Shown here one piece after another: positions 21,291 to 29,783 of a stretch of DNA of 64,000 nt. The translations under genes and the position numbers were made by a program. The DNA lies in the NCBI GenBank assembly GCA_944323665.1, contig CALUTN010000183.1, forward strand, positions 2,619-66,618, written 5' to 3'. Each line of letters begins with the position of its first letter. Position 1 is the first letter of the stretch. The DNA is from Candidatus Gastranaerophilales bacterium (lineage in GTDB: Bacteria; Cyanobacteriota; Vampirovibrionia; Gastranaerophilales; Gastranaerophilaceae). Under the pieces are notes generated by a model, which made no database searches, was not told the DNA's origin, and was given only the letters and a program-made list of their open reading frames with translations.

Positions 21291-21783
21291 GTGATGGCGC
21301 ACTACCACAGATGTGGGAAGATTTGCTGGTTCGATTCCAGAATAGAGAACAATATTAATTTAAAAACAAAAGATATGAAAAAGAGATTCATTATTCCAGA
21401 AGAACTACACTTTGCTTCTGCTAGTTGTGGTTTTGAATGCCATAACTTTGAAGAAGTTTTAGAATTCGCTAAATATTTCCACTCTATTAATTGTCCTTTT
21501 AAAATTGGCGGTTTATACATTGAACCTGAAGGACAGTTAATTCCTCTAAAACACTCTAGTGAAGAACGAGATATATGGGAATATTTAATGATTGAATTTT
21601 AAGAAAACTAACAGGCTTGCTGCTTTGGCAAGCTTAAGATTGCACATGAAGATTGAATACTGAAACATGTGGGAACTAAAAAAGAGAGGTCAGTAGATTC
21701 AAGGTAGTTCCGCTTGGTGTTTATCCTACCAAGTATCACTACACAGCCAGTTGGAAGACTGGCAATTTTAAAAATAAAAATAT

Positions 21784-21930
21784 TATGGAATATATAGGAC
21801 TTTATGTAAATGATATTCTTATTTGGAAATGTAGAGATTGGATAGAATATGATGCAGTGGCAGAAGAACAGAAAGAATACCATAAAGGAGAGAATATAAA
21901 AATTACTTATAAATATTTGAATGAATAATG
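21784..21930 (+). CDS. Small hypothetical protein (48 aa; MEYIGLYVNDILIWKCRDWIEYDAVAEEQKEYHKGENIKITYKYLNE)
   Basis: Hand translation. Its end overlaps the ATG of the next ORF by one base (TAATG junction). Confidence 0.3.
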
Positions 21931-22131
21931 GTAACAGTAGCAATAGCAAAAAGTTTAACTGCATATATTCCAATGTTATATGCGGATAGCATAAATCAAG
22001 GATTACAAGTATGTAGACTTCTGAAAGATATTGACAATTCAGAAGTATATACTGTAATATCTTCAGCTGATCTATCATTAAAATTGGATCATGTAAAAGA
22101 CTATAGTTGGAAAGAAAAATTAGTAAACTAA
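21928..22131 (+). CDS. Small hypothetical protein (67 aa)
   Basis: Track ORF. Confidence 0.35.
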   Translation: MVTVAIAKSLTAYIPMLYADSINQGLQVCRLLKDIDNSEVYTVISSADLSLKLDHVKDYSWKEKLVN

Positions 22132-22419
22132 AATGAAAAAATTTAAATACAGAATCAACTTTAAATATAGATATGGAACAGATTATGTACACTGTAATAA
22201 ATACAAAGTAGATGATCTATTTTTACAACCATTAAATAAAAATGGTTCTCCAATGTGTACTATTGCTCGTACCAATATAATATCTATATTAGAATTATAA
22301 ACAGTTCAAAACTTTATAACAATGACATTAGAAGAACTTAATTTAAAAATCTGCCGAAAGTAGATGATTGGAAATCATCAAGAGAATCATTAAAAGACAG
22401 AAGTGAATTCTTTCGTTCA

Positions 22420-22716
22420 ATGATTCAAAAGCGTATTGAACATTGTGAGAAACAACTAGAAGAACATCTTCATGAAGCTAATTCTATATGTGAAGGTCAA
22501 ATAGTTGTTTGGAATGGCGGACATTTTTCTGTACCTGTATGGAATCATCTTAAACGTGCTCTCGAACAAGATATTAAAGATTGGAATGCTCTTATTTGGG
22601 AACAAGTTATTAGACAAATGGGACGAGAAGATAAACACTTTGAACCTATTCTGTGGGATATAGCATCAGAATGTTGTTTGTGTCAATCTCAAGGAATAAT
22701 ATCAGAACTCGACTAG
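22420..22716 (+). CDS. Hypothetical protein (98 aa)
   Basis: Track ORF. Confidence 0.4.
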   Translation: MIQKRIEHCEKQLEEHLHEANSICEGQIVVWNGGHFSVPVWNHLKRALEQDIKDWNALIWEQVIRQMGREDKHFEPILWDIASECCLCQSQGIISELD

Positions 22717-22801
22717 ACGAGTATAAACAGGCATTAGGTCTAGTGCGTCAAGTGGGGAGAAATCCTCACTTGGGTTGTATTAATTATTAAACTAAATAAA
22801 A

Positions 22802-23104
22802 ATGATAGAAATAAATATAAAAACAGACAAATCATTCACAAGAGAGAATCTCTTAAATATGATTGTAACAGATAATAAATCTGCTCTAAAAAATTTAGTA
22901 GATGAAATTTATACAGTAATAAACACTAATTGGGATACGTATGATTATATATCTCGGATTATGAAAGCTTTAGAAGCTGCAAACTTTCAAGAATCAGATG
23001 AATTCAAATATTTAGAGGAATCTCATCAGAACATATATGATATAAATATGAAACATGCAAGCCTTAGAAAGGCGGCAGAAAAAGCTTTAGAAAAATTATC
23101 TTAA
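22802..23104 (+). CDS. Hypothetical protein (100 aa)
   Basis: Track ORF. Confidence 0.4.
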   Translation: MIEINIKTDKSFTRENLLNMIVTDNKSALKNLVDEIYTVINTNWDTYDYISRIMKALEAANFQESDEFKYLEESHQNIYDINMKHASLRKAAEKALEKLS

Positions 23105-23765
23105 TAATTAAATATATACTCTATGTGAACTACCAAATGTGTATAGAGTATATTCGGCAAGCCATTATAAATGTTCACTGGCACTCTGGAAAGACAGAGA
23201 TTTAAAACATCCGGCGGAGGAATAGAGTCCTCCTATACTAAATTGATAGTGTTATTTACAGTGCGCAATGTAATAATTACTATCTATTAGAACTGACTGT
23301 TATATAATTAGCTGTCATTAGACAGTAAAGTTTAGTATATAATAAATTAGGTAACCGTGACAGTAGTAACGAACGCTTATATAAAAGTAAGTAGGCTGTA
23401 CAGTAGAGGAACTGTATTGTAATCCTCATATTTAGCTAAACGTGGCAGCTGGAACTAGACAGCAATGGTTGAAATCCCATTCAGAGAGATATACGCATTC
23501 CGGAATCTTTCTGAGAAATCTCTCATCATAAGCATACCTTGACGAGGTTTGAGAGCTTTAAACAGAAGTGCTATAATATTAACCCAAAAAGATAAGAGCA
23601 TGAAGTATTATGTAATTTGTCTCATTCCCGCTATATTGTGTACTATTATCACAATAATGCTATTATTTATGGATAACATGATAATGTTAGTAGGATTTGG
23701 TATTGCAACAGTATTATTGTGGAGACATTGTTTTGTATTTGGCAGGACTAAAAAAGAAATAACAT

Positions 23766-24179
23766 ATGTCAACAACAGGTTGTGAAAATTGTATACATGC
23801 TACTAAAAAATGGAGCTATGTGGAAGAAAAAGGAGGAGACTATGATTATTATGTATGTAATATCCTTAAAAGAAAATATCATGCAAATAAACCATACTAT
23901 GTTGTAAGATGGCCTGACCCAGCATGTGTTGATATTTTAGGAAGATGTGTTACCGGAAAATTTAGTCCCAGATATTCTACTTCTGAATTTTATAGAAGGC
24001 TTAAAGAAGAAAACGAAAGAGACAGAAGAAGAGAAGAAAGAGAGGCTTATGAATATATTAAAAGAAAACAGAAACAATTAAGAAATACAATAGTAGCATC
24101 AGTAGCACATTCTTTGAAAATTGACATTGAAAGAGATGCAAAAGTTTATAGAGAAAAATATGGTAATTTTCAAAAATAA
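23766..24179 (+). CDS. Hypothetical protein with an N-terminal Cys cluster and a C-terminal basic region (137 aa)
   Basis: Track ORF. Confidence 0.4.
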   Translation: MSTTGCENCIHATKKWSYVEEKGGDYDYYVCNILKRKYHANKPYYVVRWPDPACVDILGRCVTGKFSPRYSTSEFYRRLKEENERDRRREEREAYEYIKRKQKQLRNTIVASVAHSLKIDIERDAKVYREKYGNFQK

Positions 24180-24427
24180 ATATTATGATAGGAAAAGAAC
24201 TATTACAACATTTGCAGGGATTATCTGAGGAAGATTTATCTAAGGATATCGTTCTAGAAGAAGGAGATTGTGATAGAGTATATGATCTTGATTCAGTTTA
24301 TGAAATAGAAGATGATATAGTATTATCTATATCTCAAGTATACGAATAGCTTCTATCTACTTAGACAGGCTTAGAGAATTCGAAAGAAGGTGCACGCTTG
24401 GCCTTATATGCTAAGATTTAGAAGTTT

Positions 24428-24500
24428 TCCTCCATAGCTCAGTTGATAGAGCGCTTGGCTTTGGCCTAAGAGGTCGCAGGTTTGAGTCCTGCTGGAGGAG
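24428..24500 (+). tRNA. tRNA-Gln(UUG)
   Basis: Hand fold. Acceptor TCCTCCA/TGGAGGA is perfect. D-arm GCTC...GAGC. Anticodon stem CTTGG/CTAAG with loop CTTTGGC. T-arm GCAGG-TTTGAGT-CCTGC. Confidence 0.7.
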
Positions 24501-25008
24501 CTATGAAGCAGCTTTAGAAGCTTTTGGGAAGAACAGACTATAATGGGTACGCCCTGAGACTAATGCAGAGCATCTCTTATTTCAAACAGTATGTCCTTGA
24601 TACTGGAGAGATGTCTTATCGTGAGATAAGGCAAAGTATTGTGGCACAGGATAGTCGTTTCATGTTGTTATTTCTTTTTGTATCCCCACAGCGGTGGGGT
24701 TTCTCCTAAGATAAGAACAACCTTTACGTGGTTTAGGAGATAAGTAAGCCAAATGCTAAAACTAATAGCCTTAATTAAAAACTAAAATAACTTTCCAAGT
24801 TGTTGAGGACACCTTAGTTCTTTACTATTAAACTAGTATGTAGACGGCAAGAAAAACAACCAAGACGTGCAACTAGATGTAAAGTTTTAGGTGTAAAACA
24901 CAAAAAAGAAAATAAAATGAAAGAATTAATCTTAATTGCTGCAATATTCATTATAGCAGCAATAATAATGAATTTTATATTATCATATAATTATAGGAGA
25001 AAATAAAT

Positions 25009-25260
25009 ATGTATACAACACTAGTTTTATCTGTAGAAAATTCTGATAATCTAGAAATACTGGAATCAGAAATAATCTCTTTTATGGGAAGTAAAAATCT
25101 AATTGACAATAGTCTAAATGTTTTTCTCTTTAAAGAGAAATTATCTAATTTGGACAAACAAAGGTTATTAGGAAAAGTAAAGAATTTAAATTGCGACATC
25201 ATGTTCATAGAACATAATAATTTTGAAATATTTGAAGACATTAATACAGTGAAGTTATGA
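25009..25260 (+). CDS. Small hypothetical protein (83 aa)
   Basis: Track ORF. Confidence 0.3.
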   Translation: MYTTLVLSVENSDNLEILESEIISFMGSKNLIDNSLNVFLFKEKLSNLDKQRLLGKVKNLNCDIMFIEHNNFEIFEDINTVKL

Positions 25261-25493
25261 GACCGAGAATAAAAACAAACAAAATATGTTCTTCTAAAAA
25301 TTATAAAGAGAGTAAAAAAGTATATGCCAGAGCTTTAGAAAGATGGCATGAAGAACATAAAGAAGAAATTGAGGTTATATCAGCCTCAATTTCTGTAAAA
25401 AGAACAAAATACATCTCAGTTTTTGGAAAACTTATCCCAGTATCTGAAGAAGAGTTGAAAGTTCATGAAACATTAATAACATGGAATACTTAA
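25257..25493 (+). CDS. Small basic hypothetical protein (78 aa)
   Basis: Track ORF. Confidence 0.3.
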   Translation: MRPRIKTNKICSSKNYKESKKVYARALERWHEEHKEEIEVISASISVKRTKYISVFGKLIPVSEEELKVHETLITWNT

Positions 25494-25593
25494 TTTGCAC
25501 AATAATAGTTATATTTATATGTGCAGCAGCTATAGAATAATTAACATTTATTAACTATTAAATTATAACTGCTGTACATATAGTTGTAAACAA

Positions 25594-25667
25594 GCTCCGA
25601 TAGCTCAATGGATTAGAGCATCATCCTTCTAAGATGAGGGTTCTGTGTTCGAATCACAGTCGGAGTA
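25594..25667 (+). tRNA. tRNA-Arg(UCU)
   Basis: Hand fold. Anticodon stem TCATC/GATGA with loop CTTCTAA. T-arm CTGTG-TTCGAAT-CACAG. Acceptor GCTCCGA/TCGGAGT. Confidence 0.7.
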
Positions 25668-25959
25668 CAATAATTATATGGAAAGTAGGCTTAGAAGTAG
25701 CCATCTTTTAAAGAGTATGCAAAAAGTGCCATATAAGTGCTAAATGATAATATAGTTAATAGATATTATTGATGTACTATAATGGAAATATCCACAACAT
25801 GAATCTGCCCGATACATTTTGAGAAAAGTCACTCATTAGATAGTATTTGAGTTACTATTAGTAACGTATATAAGGTAGTAAGGCGAGGTTATGAACTCAT
25901 TTTCGGTAAGACATACGAGAATATTTTGGTGTAATAACACACCATATAATTATTATTTA

Positions 25960-26003
25960 GGGCCTTTAGCTCAGTAGGTCAGAGCAGCTAATTGTGAGTT
26001 AGA
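25960..26003 (+). pseudogene. 5' portion of a tRNA-His(GUG)-like gene (acceptor strand, D-arm and complete anticodon arm), separated from its matching 3' acceptor strand
   Basis: GGGCCTT-TA-GCTC-AGTAGGTCA-GAGC-A-GCTAA-TTGTGAG-TTAGA. No complementary AAGGCCC follows within tRNA distance. The matching 3' end lies at 26563..26587. Confidence 0.4.
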
Positions 26004-26037
26004 TAGGGACGTATCCCCTCAAGCTTATACACTAAAT

Positions 26038-26109
26038 CTTGAGGTCTGCTAATGGTTAGGCTCGATGTCTTATACACATCCAATCTAGGTTCAAGTCCTA
26101 GCCTCAAGA
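26038..26109 (+). tRNA. tRNA-Ile(UAU)-like (anticodon TAT, reads AUA)
   Basis: Acceptor CTTGAGG/CCTCAAG is perfect. Anticodon stem GATGT/ACATC with loop CTTATAC. T-arm CTAGG-TTCAAGT-CCTAG. The D-stem has only 3 bp. Confidence 0.6.
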
Positions 26110-26112
26110 CTT

Positions 26113-26535
26113 ATGAAAATCAAATCTGAAGGAAAATCTGGAACACGCTCTATTTGTGTTTGCTAGAATTGTGGAGAGGAGTTCTCTGAATTAAATACAA
26201 AAATTAGAGCTGGAGGCGGGAAATTCTGTTGTAATGATTGCTATAAAGAGTTCCGCTCCAAGAACAAGAAAGATCCAAAGGAACTGAATAGATTATATCA
26301 GAAGAAGCATAAATATGGTTTGAATAAGGAGGAATATTATTCTTTATTTGAATCTTAGCAGAATAAGTGCGCTATATGTGGAACTTCTTTTGATGAAACT
26401 AAAGCATTTGTCGACCATGATCATTAGACAGGAAAAGTAAGAGGATTATTATGTACTAAGTGTAATACACTTCTTGGTATGGCTAACGATAATGTCGAAA
26501 TATTAGAAAATGCTATAAAGTATCTAAATGTATAA
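26113..26535 (+). CDS. Endonuclease VII-family (recombination endonuclease VII) protein, TAG-recoded (140 aa; 3 in-frame TAG)
   Basis: Hand translation ...CAICGTSFDETKAFVDHDH(TAG)TGKVRGLLCTKCNTLLG... This is the hallmark DHDH-x-TGKVRGLLC..CN motif of phage endonuclease VII. TAA stop. Confidence 0.6.
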
Positions 26536-26562
26536 GACGGTAGAAAGGGTAGTCGGTCGCAC

Positions 26563-26587
26563 GTGGGTTCAAACCCCTCAAGGCCCA
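26563..26587 (+). pseudogene. 3' portion of the tRNA-His-like gene (T-arm plus acceptor 3' strand AAGGCCC-A), complementary to the 5' acceptor at 25960
   Basis: GTGGG-TTCAAAC-CCCTC-AAGGCCC-A. The motif CCCCTCAAG also occurs at 26015-26023, which suggests a direct repeat at the insertion junction. Confidence 0.4.
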
Positions 26588-26596
26588 CAATAATTA

Positions 26597-26669
26597 GGAA
26601 TTTTGGCAGACACGGTGTATGCAGCGGACTGAAAATCCGTCTAATGTGGTTCGAATCCACAAAATTCCA
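26597..26669 (+). tRNA. tRNA-Phe(GAA)
   Basis: Acceptor GGAATTT/AAATTCC is perfect. Anticodon stem GCGGA/TCCGT with loop CTGAAAA. T-arm TGTGG-TTCGAAT-CCACA. Confidence 0.7.
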
Positions 26670-27025
26670 CGCGATAGGGCAACGAAACTTCATCGTTGTA
26701 AGACAGAGTTAAGGCGCATATAAAACAATAAGATACCATAGAAATTGAAAATCAGTATACTCTGTTAATAACTGATAAGTAAATGAAGTAATGGGGTGTG
26801 TAATGTGCAGAATTATAGTATAAATCCAAACAACCTGCCTACATTACATAGACAATAATTTATATTAGTAAAAGTTTGGTCAGAATGTATTTTATATATT
26901 GAAACTTAAACGGTAGTAATACGTAGCGAATAAAAGTCCAAGTGATTAGGTCACAAGATTAGTGTTTAAGGATTAGGCTTTTATACCATACATTAATCTT
27001 ATATATAATATACATTCTGTATAAT

Positions 27026-27060
27026 GCCCCGATGGTGAAAGTGGTAGACACGTCAGATTT
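27026..27060 (+). tRNA. tRNA-Leu(UAA) exon 1 (acceptor, D-arm, anticodon stem 5' strand plus U32-U34)
   Basis: GCCCCGA-TG-GTG-AAAGTGGTAGA-CAC-G-TCAGA-TTT | intron. Confidence 0.6.
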
Positions 27061-27876
27061 AGAAAAAGAAATGTTCTTTTTATTAATCTATTTTAACAGA
27101 ATTTTATAGGAAGTCACAAATTTTTATTATATCTTTGTGTATATAAAAATATACATAATGAGTAAAAGAAAATGGACTGATGAACAACTGATTAAGGCTG
27201 TTAAAACTAGTTTATCTTATGCAGAAGTAATGAGAAAATTAGGACTTAAAGCAGCTGGCAGTAACTATGATACTGTTAAGAAAAAGATTAAAGAATATAA
27301 TTTAGATACTTCACATATGACTGGTAAAGTTTGGAATCAAGGAGAACGATACAAGCCAGTTAAAACTTCCAGACCTTTAGAAGAAGTTTTAGTAGAAAAC
27401 TCTACATGGGTAAATACTAATAATTTACGTAAAAGACTTCTTAAGGAAGGTATCAAGGAATATAAATGTGAGTGTTGTGGCAGGACAGAGTGGTTAGGAA
27501 AACCTATAGCTCTAGAACTGCATCATGTAAATGGTATAAAAGACGATTTAAGGATAGAAAATTTACAACTTCTGTGTCCTAATTGTCATGCCTTTACTGA
27601 TAATTATAGAGGAAAGAACAAGGGTATGGATGCCCAAGAGGAAACTCTTGGAGTAGAAGCAGGCTAATTCGGTGAAGGTATCAGCCCTATAAATGGTAAT
27701 AACGCCGAGCTAAGTTAAAAAGAATAAGATAACAAGAACCTCTGTTAAGCTAGAACGTAGCTTCATACGGATGAACTTACTTCTTTTTATAAATGTGTAG
27801 AGACTATACACCTGCAACCTAAGTCAGAATTGATATGGTTAAGACATAGTCCAAGCAATCTTTTATAGATTGTATG
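27061..27876 (+). mobile_element. Group I intron inserted between U34 and A35 of tRNA-Leu(UAA). It carries an HNH homing endonuclease ORF.
   Basis: The 5' exon ends in U and the intron ends in G (omega-G). The exons reconstitute a class-II tRNA (loop TTTAAGC). Intron core GTGTAGAGACTATACACCTG...ACCTAAG closely resembles the P7/R region of the Azoarcus pre-tRNA-Ile group I intron (TGTAGAGACTAGACGG...CACCTAAGG). Confidence 0.6.
27137..27667 (+). CDS. HNH homing endonuclease (176 aa) encoded within the tRNA-Leu group I intron
   Basis: ...CECCGRTEWLGKPIALELHHVNGIKDDLRIENLQLLCPNCHAFTDNYRGKNK... is a canonical HNH motif. No TAG. Confidence 0.65.
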   Translation: MYIKIYIMSKRKWTDEQLIKAVKTSLSYAEVMRKLGLKAAGSNYDTVKKKIKEYNLDTSHMTGKVWNQGERYKPVKTSRPLEEVLVENSTWVNTNNLRKRLLKEGIKEYKCECCGRTEWLGKPIALELHHVNGIKDDLRIENLQLLCPNCHAFTDNYRGKNKGMDAQEETLGVEAG

Positions 27877-27927
27877 AAGCTCTGATGGCCAGTAATGGCC
27901 GTGTGGGTTCGAGTCCCACTCGGGGTA
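27877..27927 (+). tRNA. tRNA-Leu(UAA) exon 2 (A35-A36, anticodon stem 3' strand, long variable arm, T-arm, acceptor 3' strand)
   Basis: AAGC-TCTGA-TGGCCAGTAATGGCCG-T-GTGGG-TTCGAGT-CCCAC-TCGGGGT-A. Confidence 0.6.
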
Positions 27928-28140
27928 CTATTTATTAACTTTAAATTTATTAGATTATGTACATTTTGGTAATATCCCCTAAAGCATTTATATGCTTTAA
28001 TGGAAATGAGATGATAATAACAGCAAGTGTCAACAAAGCAACTCCATTTGATACAATAGGAGAAGCTATGAAAAAAGCAGTTTATGCAAATGAGGCTCTA
28101 GATACATGTTGTATTAGAGTAATGAGTTTATGATAAAAGG

Positions 28141-28212
28141 GATTCTGTAGCTTAATGGTAGAGCACCAAACTTTTAATTTGGGTTATCTGAGTTCAAATC
28201 TCAGCAGAATCA
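28141..28212 (+). tRNA. tRNA-Lys(UUU)
   Basis: Acceptor GATTCTG/CAGAATC. Anticodon stem CCAAA/TTTGG with loop CTTTTAA. T-arm CTGAG-TTCAAAT-CTCAG. Confidence 0.7.
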
Positions 28213-28255
28213 CTCAAATAAATTAAAATGAAAAATTTATTAGAAAGATTAAAAA

Positions 28256-28618
28256 ATGAAAACAATTAATGTTCTAGAGCTTACTAAAGCCCTAAATACC
28301 ATGAGAATGGCTCAACCTGAAATGGATTTAAGAGAATTTAGAAAACAGGTTGAAGATTTAGTTTCATATAAAATGTTCTCATCCTATTTATTGGATGAAC
28401 AGTTTGCTTACAAATTAAATAATAAAGTAGTATTTTCTACTAAGCCTATTTATAAGGTAAAAGTAGAAAAACTTTTAAAAGAAGCAAGAGAATCTCAGTA
28501 CAGATATACTGAGAATTATAAGAAAAAGAAAAAGAATAAAAATGAAAAACTTTTAGAATCAATAGCTTATCTGAAAAGTTTAGGTTATATTATTATTAAT
28601 CCTAAAAGTATATTGTAA
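28256..28618 (+). CDS. Hypothetical protein (120 aa)
   Basis: Track ORF at the start of a dense plus-strand operon. Confidence 0.45.
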   Translation: MKTINVLELTKALNTMRMAQPEMDLREFRKQVEDLVSYKMFSSYLLDEQFAYKLNNKVVFSTKPIYKVKVEKLLKEARESQYRYTENYKKKKKNKNEKLLESIAYLKSLGYIIINPKSIL

Positions 28619-28860
28619 TGGATATATTATCAATAGCAATTATATTGTTTACTCTTATTGTTGCAATATTACATTTCCTTGCTGATAAACATCCTTCTAC
28701 TACTCTAAGTTTATTAATTATAGCTAGTCTTTTAATAATTAATGATATACTTAAAAGTAATGAACCTAAAGCTATTGATGTGTATAGAAAAAGAACAGCT
28801 TTACAAGTAACTTTCAAAGATAGTATCCCAATAGATACTGTTGTAATTTTTAAAAAATAA
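28618..28860 (+). CDS. Small membrane protein (80 aa, 2 transmembrane segments)
   Basis: Track ORF with hydrophobic segments. Confidence 0.4.
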   Translation: MDILSIAIILFTLIVAILHFLADKHPSTTLSLLIIASLLIINDILKSNEPKAIDVYRKRTALQVTFKDSIPIDTVVIFKK

Positions 28861-28863
28861 AAT

Positions 28864-29253
28864 ATGTGTTTAACTAAAAAATATAAATGGCCGAGGATTA
28901 CTCTTCGGCCTAAAATCGTTTATAAGGTTTTAGAAAAAAGAAACGGAAAGTTTTTTACCCCTTTTATGAATTATGAAGTAGAAATTAATAAAAAATATAA
29001 GGGAAAATATAACATGTTCGATACTTTATTTAAAACTATAAAAGATGATTATGTTAGAAGTGGATTTATTCATTCTTATACAGATAAAGAATCTGCTGTA
29101 GGAAATGTAGTTGTTGAATGTATTATTCCAAGATTTACCCTATATTTTATAGGGAGGGGTAATGACATAGCCAGTCGTAAAATTTATTATAAAAGTCTTA
29201 TAATAGATAAAAGTGATAAAATTATAATTAATCCAGACCATCCTATATTTTAA
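28864..29253 (+). CDS. Hypothetical protein (129 aa)
   Basis: Track ORF. Confidence 0.45.
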   Translation: MCLTKKYKWPRITLRPKIVYKVLEKRNGKFFTPFMNYEVEINKKYKGKYNMFDTLFKTIKDDYVRSGFIHSYTDKESAVGNVVVECIIPRFTLYFIGRGNDIASRKIYYKSLIIDKSDKIIINPDHPIF

Positions 29254-29254
29254 C

Positions 29255-29461
29255 ATGGAAAAGAAAGAGTTCAAATTGGGAGAAGTGTTTCAGTGTGGAC
29301 ACGTTAAACTAAAAATTGAAAAATCTGATTTTATTTGTGGTGGATGCTATTTTTTAGGTTCTTCTTTAGATTGTAGATCAATAAATAGACTAATAACAGG
29401 TAGCTGTATTAAATCTGAAAGAAAAGATAAAACCGATGTAATTTTTGTAAAAGTGGAGTAA
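29255..29461 (+). CDS. Small Cys-containing protein (68 aa)
   Basis: Track ORF. Confidence 0.35.
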   Translation: MEKKEFKLGEVFQCGHVKLKIEKSDFICGGCYFLGSSLDCRSINRLITGSCIKSERKDKTDVIFVKVE

Positions 29462-29522
29462 TAGTTATGAAATTAACATTTAGAAGAAGAACGCGCTGAA
29501 TATGAAAGATTAAAAGCTAAGT

Positions 29523-29783
29523 TTGAAAATGAGTAAATATTCAAGAACAAGAAAAGCAATATGTCGTATTAATCATTTAAACATTTGGATGGTTAGCAGA
29601 TGGTATTTTAAAAGATACCCTGTTAGAACTATGAAAGAGTCTTATAAAAGAAAACGTAAGAGGTATTTAAAGTATTGGAATAAACTGCCAGAAGGATATT
29701 CCTATATTACGGGAAAATCACTTCCTTTTCCTTGCAAATATAAAGAAGCATTAAAACATTTTATTTTATATCATGAGTGCTAA
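29523..29783 (+). CDS. Small basic protein (86 aa)
   Basis: Track ORF. Confidence 0.35.
   Translation: MKMSKYSRTRKAICRINHLNIWMVSRWYFKRYPVRTMKESYKRKRKRYLKYWNKLPEGYSYITGKSLPFPCKYKEALKHFILYHEC

Noticed and set aside
21291-21602. 103-aa plus-strand ORF that starts inside the tRNA-like element
   Set aside because: Its first 60 nt coincide with the acceptor/T-arm structure at 21280..21349. It is kept only as a doubtful ORF and not listed as a feature.
21608-22192. 194-aa minus-strand ORF
   Set aside because: An extremely Ile/Phe/Leu-rich, low-complexity translation of AT-rich DNA. The plus strand carries two compact plausible small genes (21784..21930 and 21928..22131) in the same interval.
24524-24709. 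61-aa plus-strand ORF just downstream of tRNA-Gln
   Set aside because: It lies in a GC-rich non-coding spacer of the tRNA island with no ribosome-binding context, and is more likely part of a tRNA transcript trailer.
26424-26693. 89-aa minus-strand ORF
   Set aside because: It overlaps tRNA-Phe, the tRNA-His 3' fragment and the 3' end of the plus-strand endonuclease VII gene, so it is spurious.
27026-27100. Initial reading of 27026-27100 as an isolated broken tRNA
   Set aside because: Resolved: it is exon 1 of an intron-containing tRNA-Leu(UAA). The matching exon 2 is at 27877..27927.
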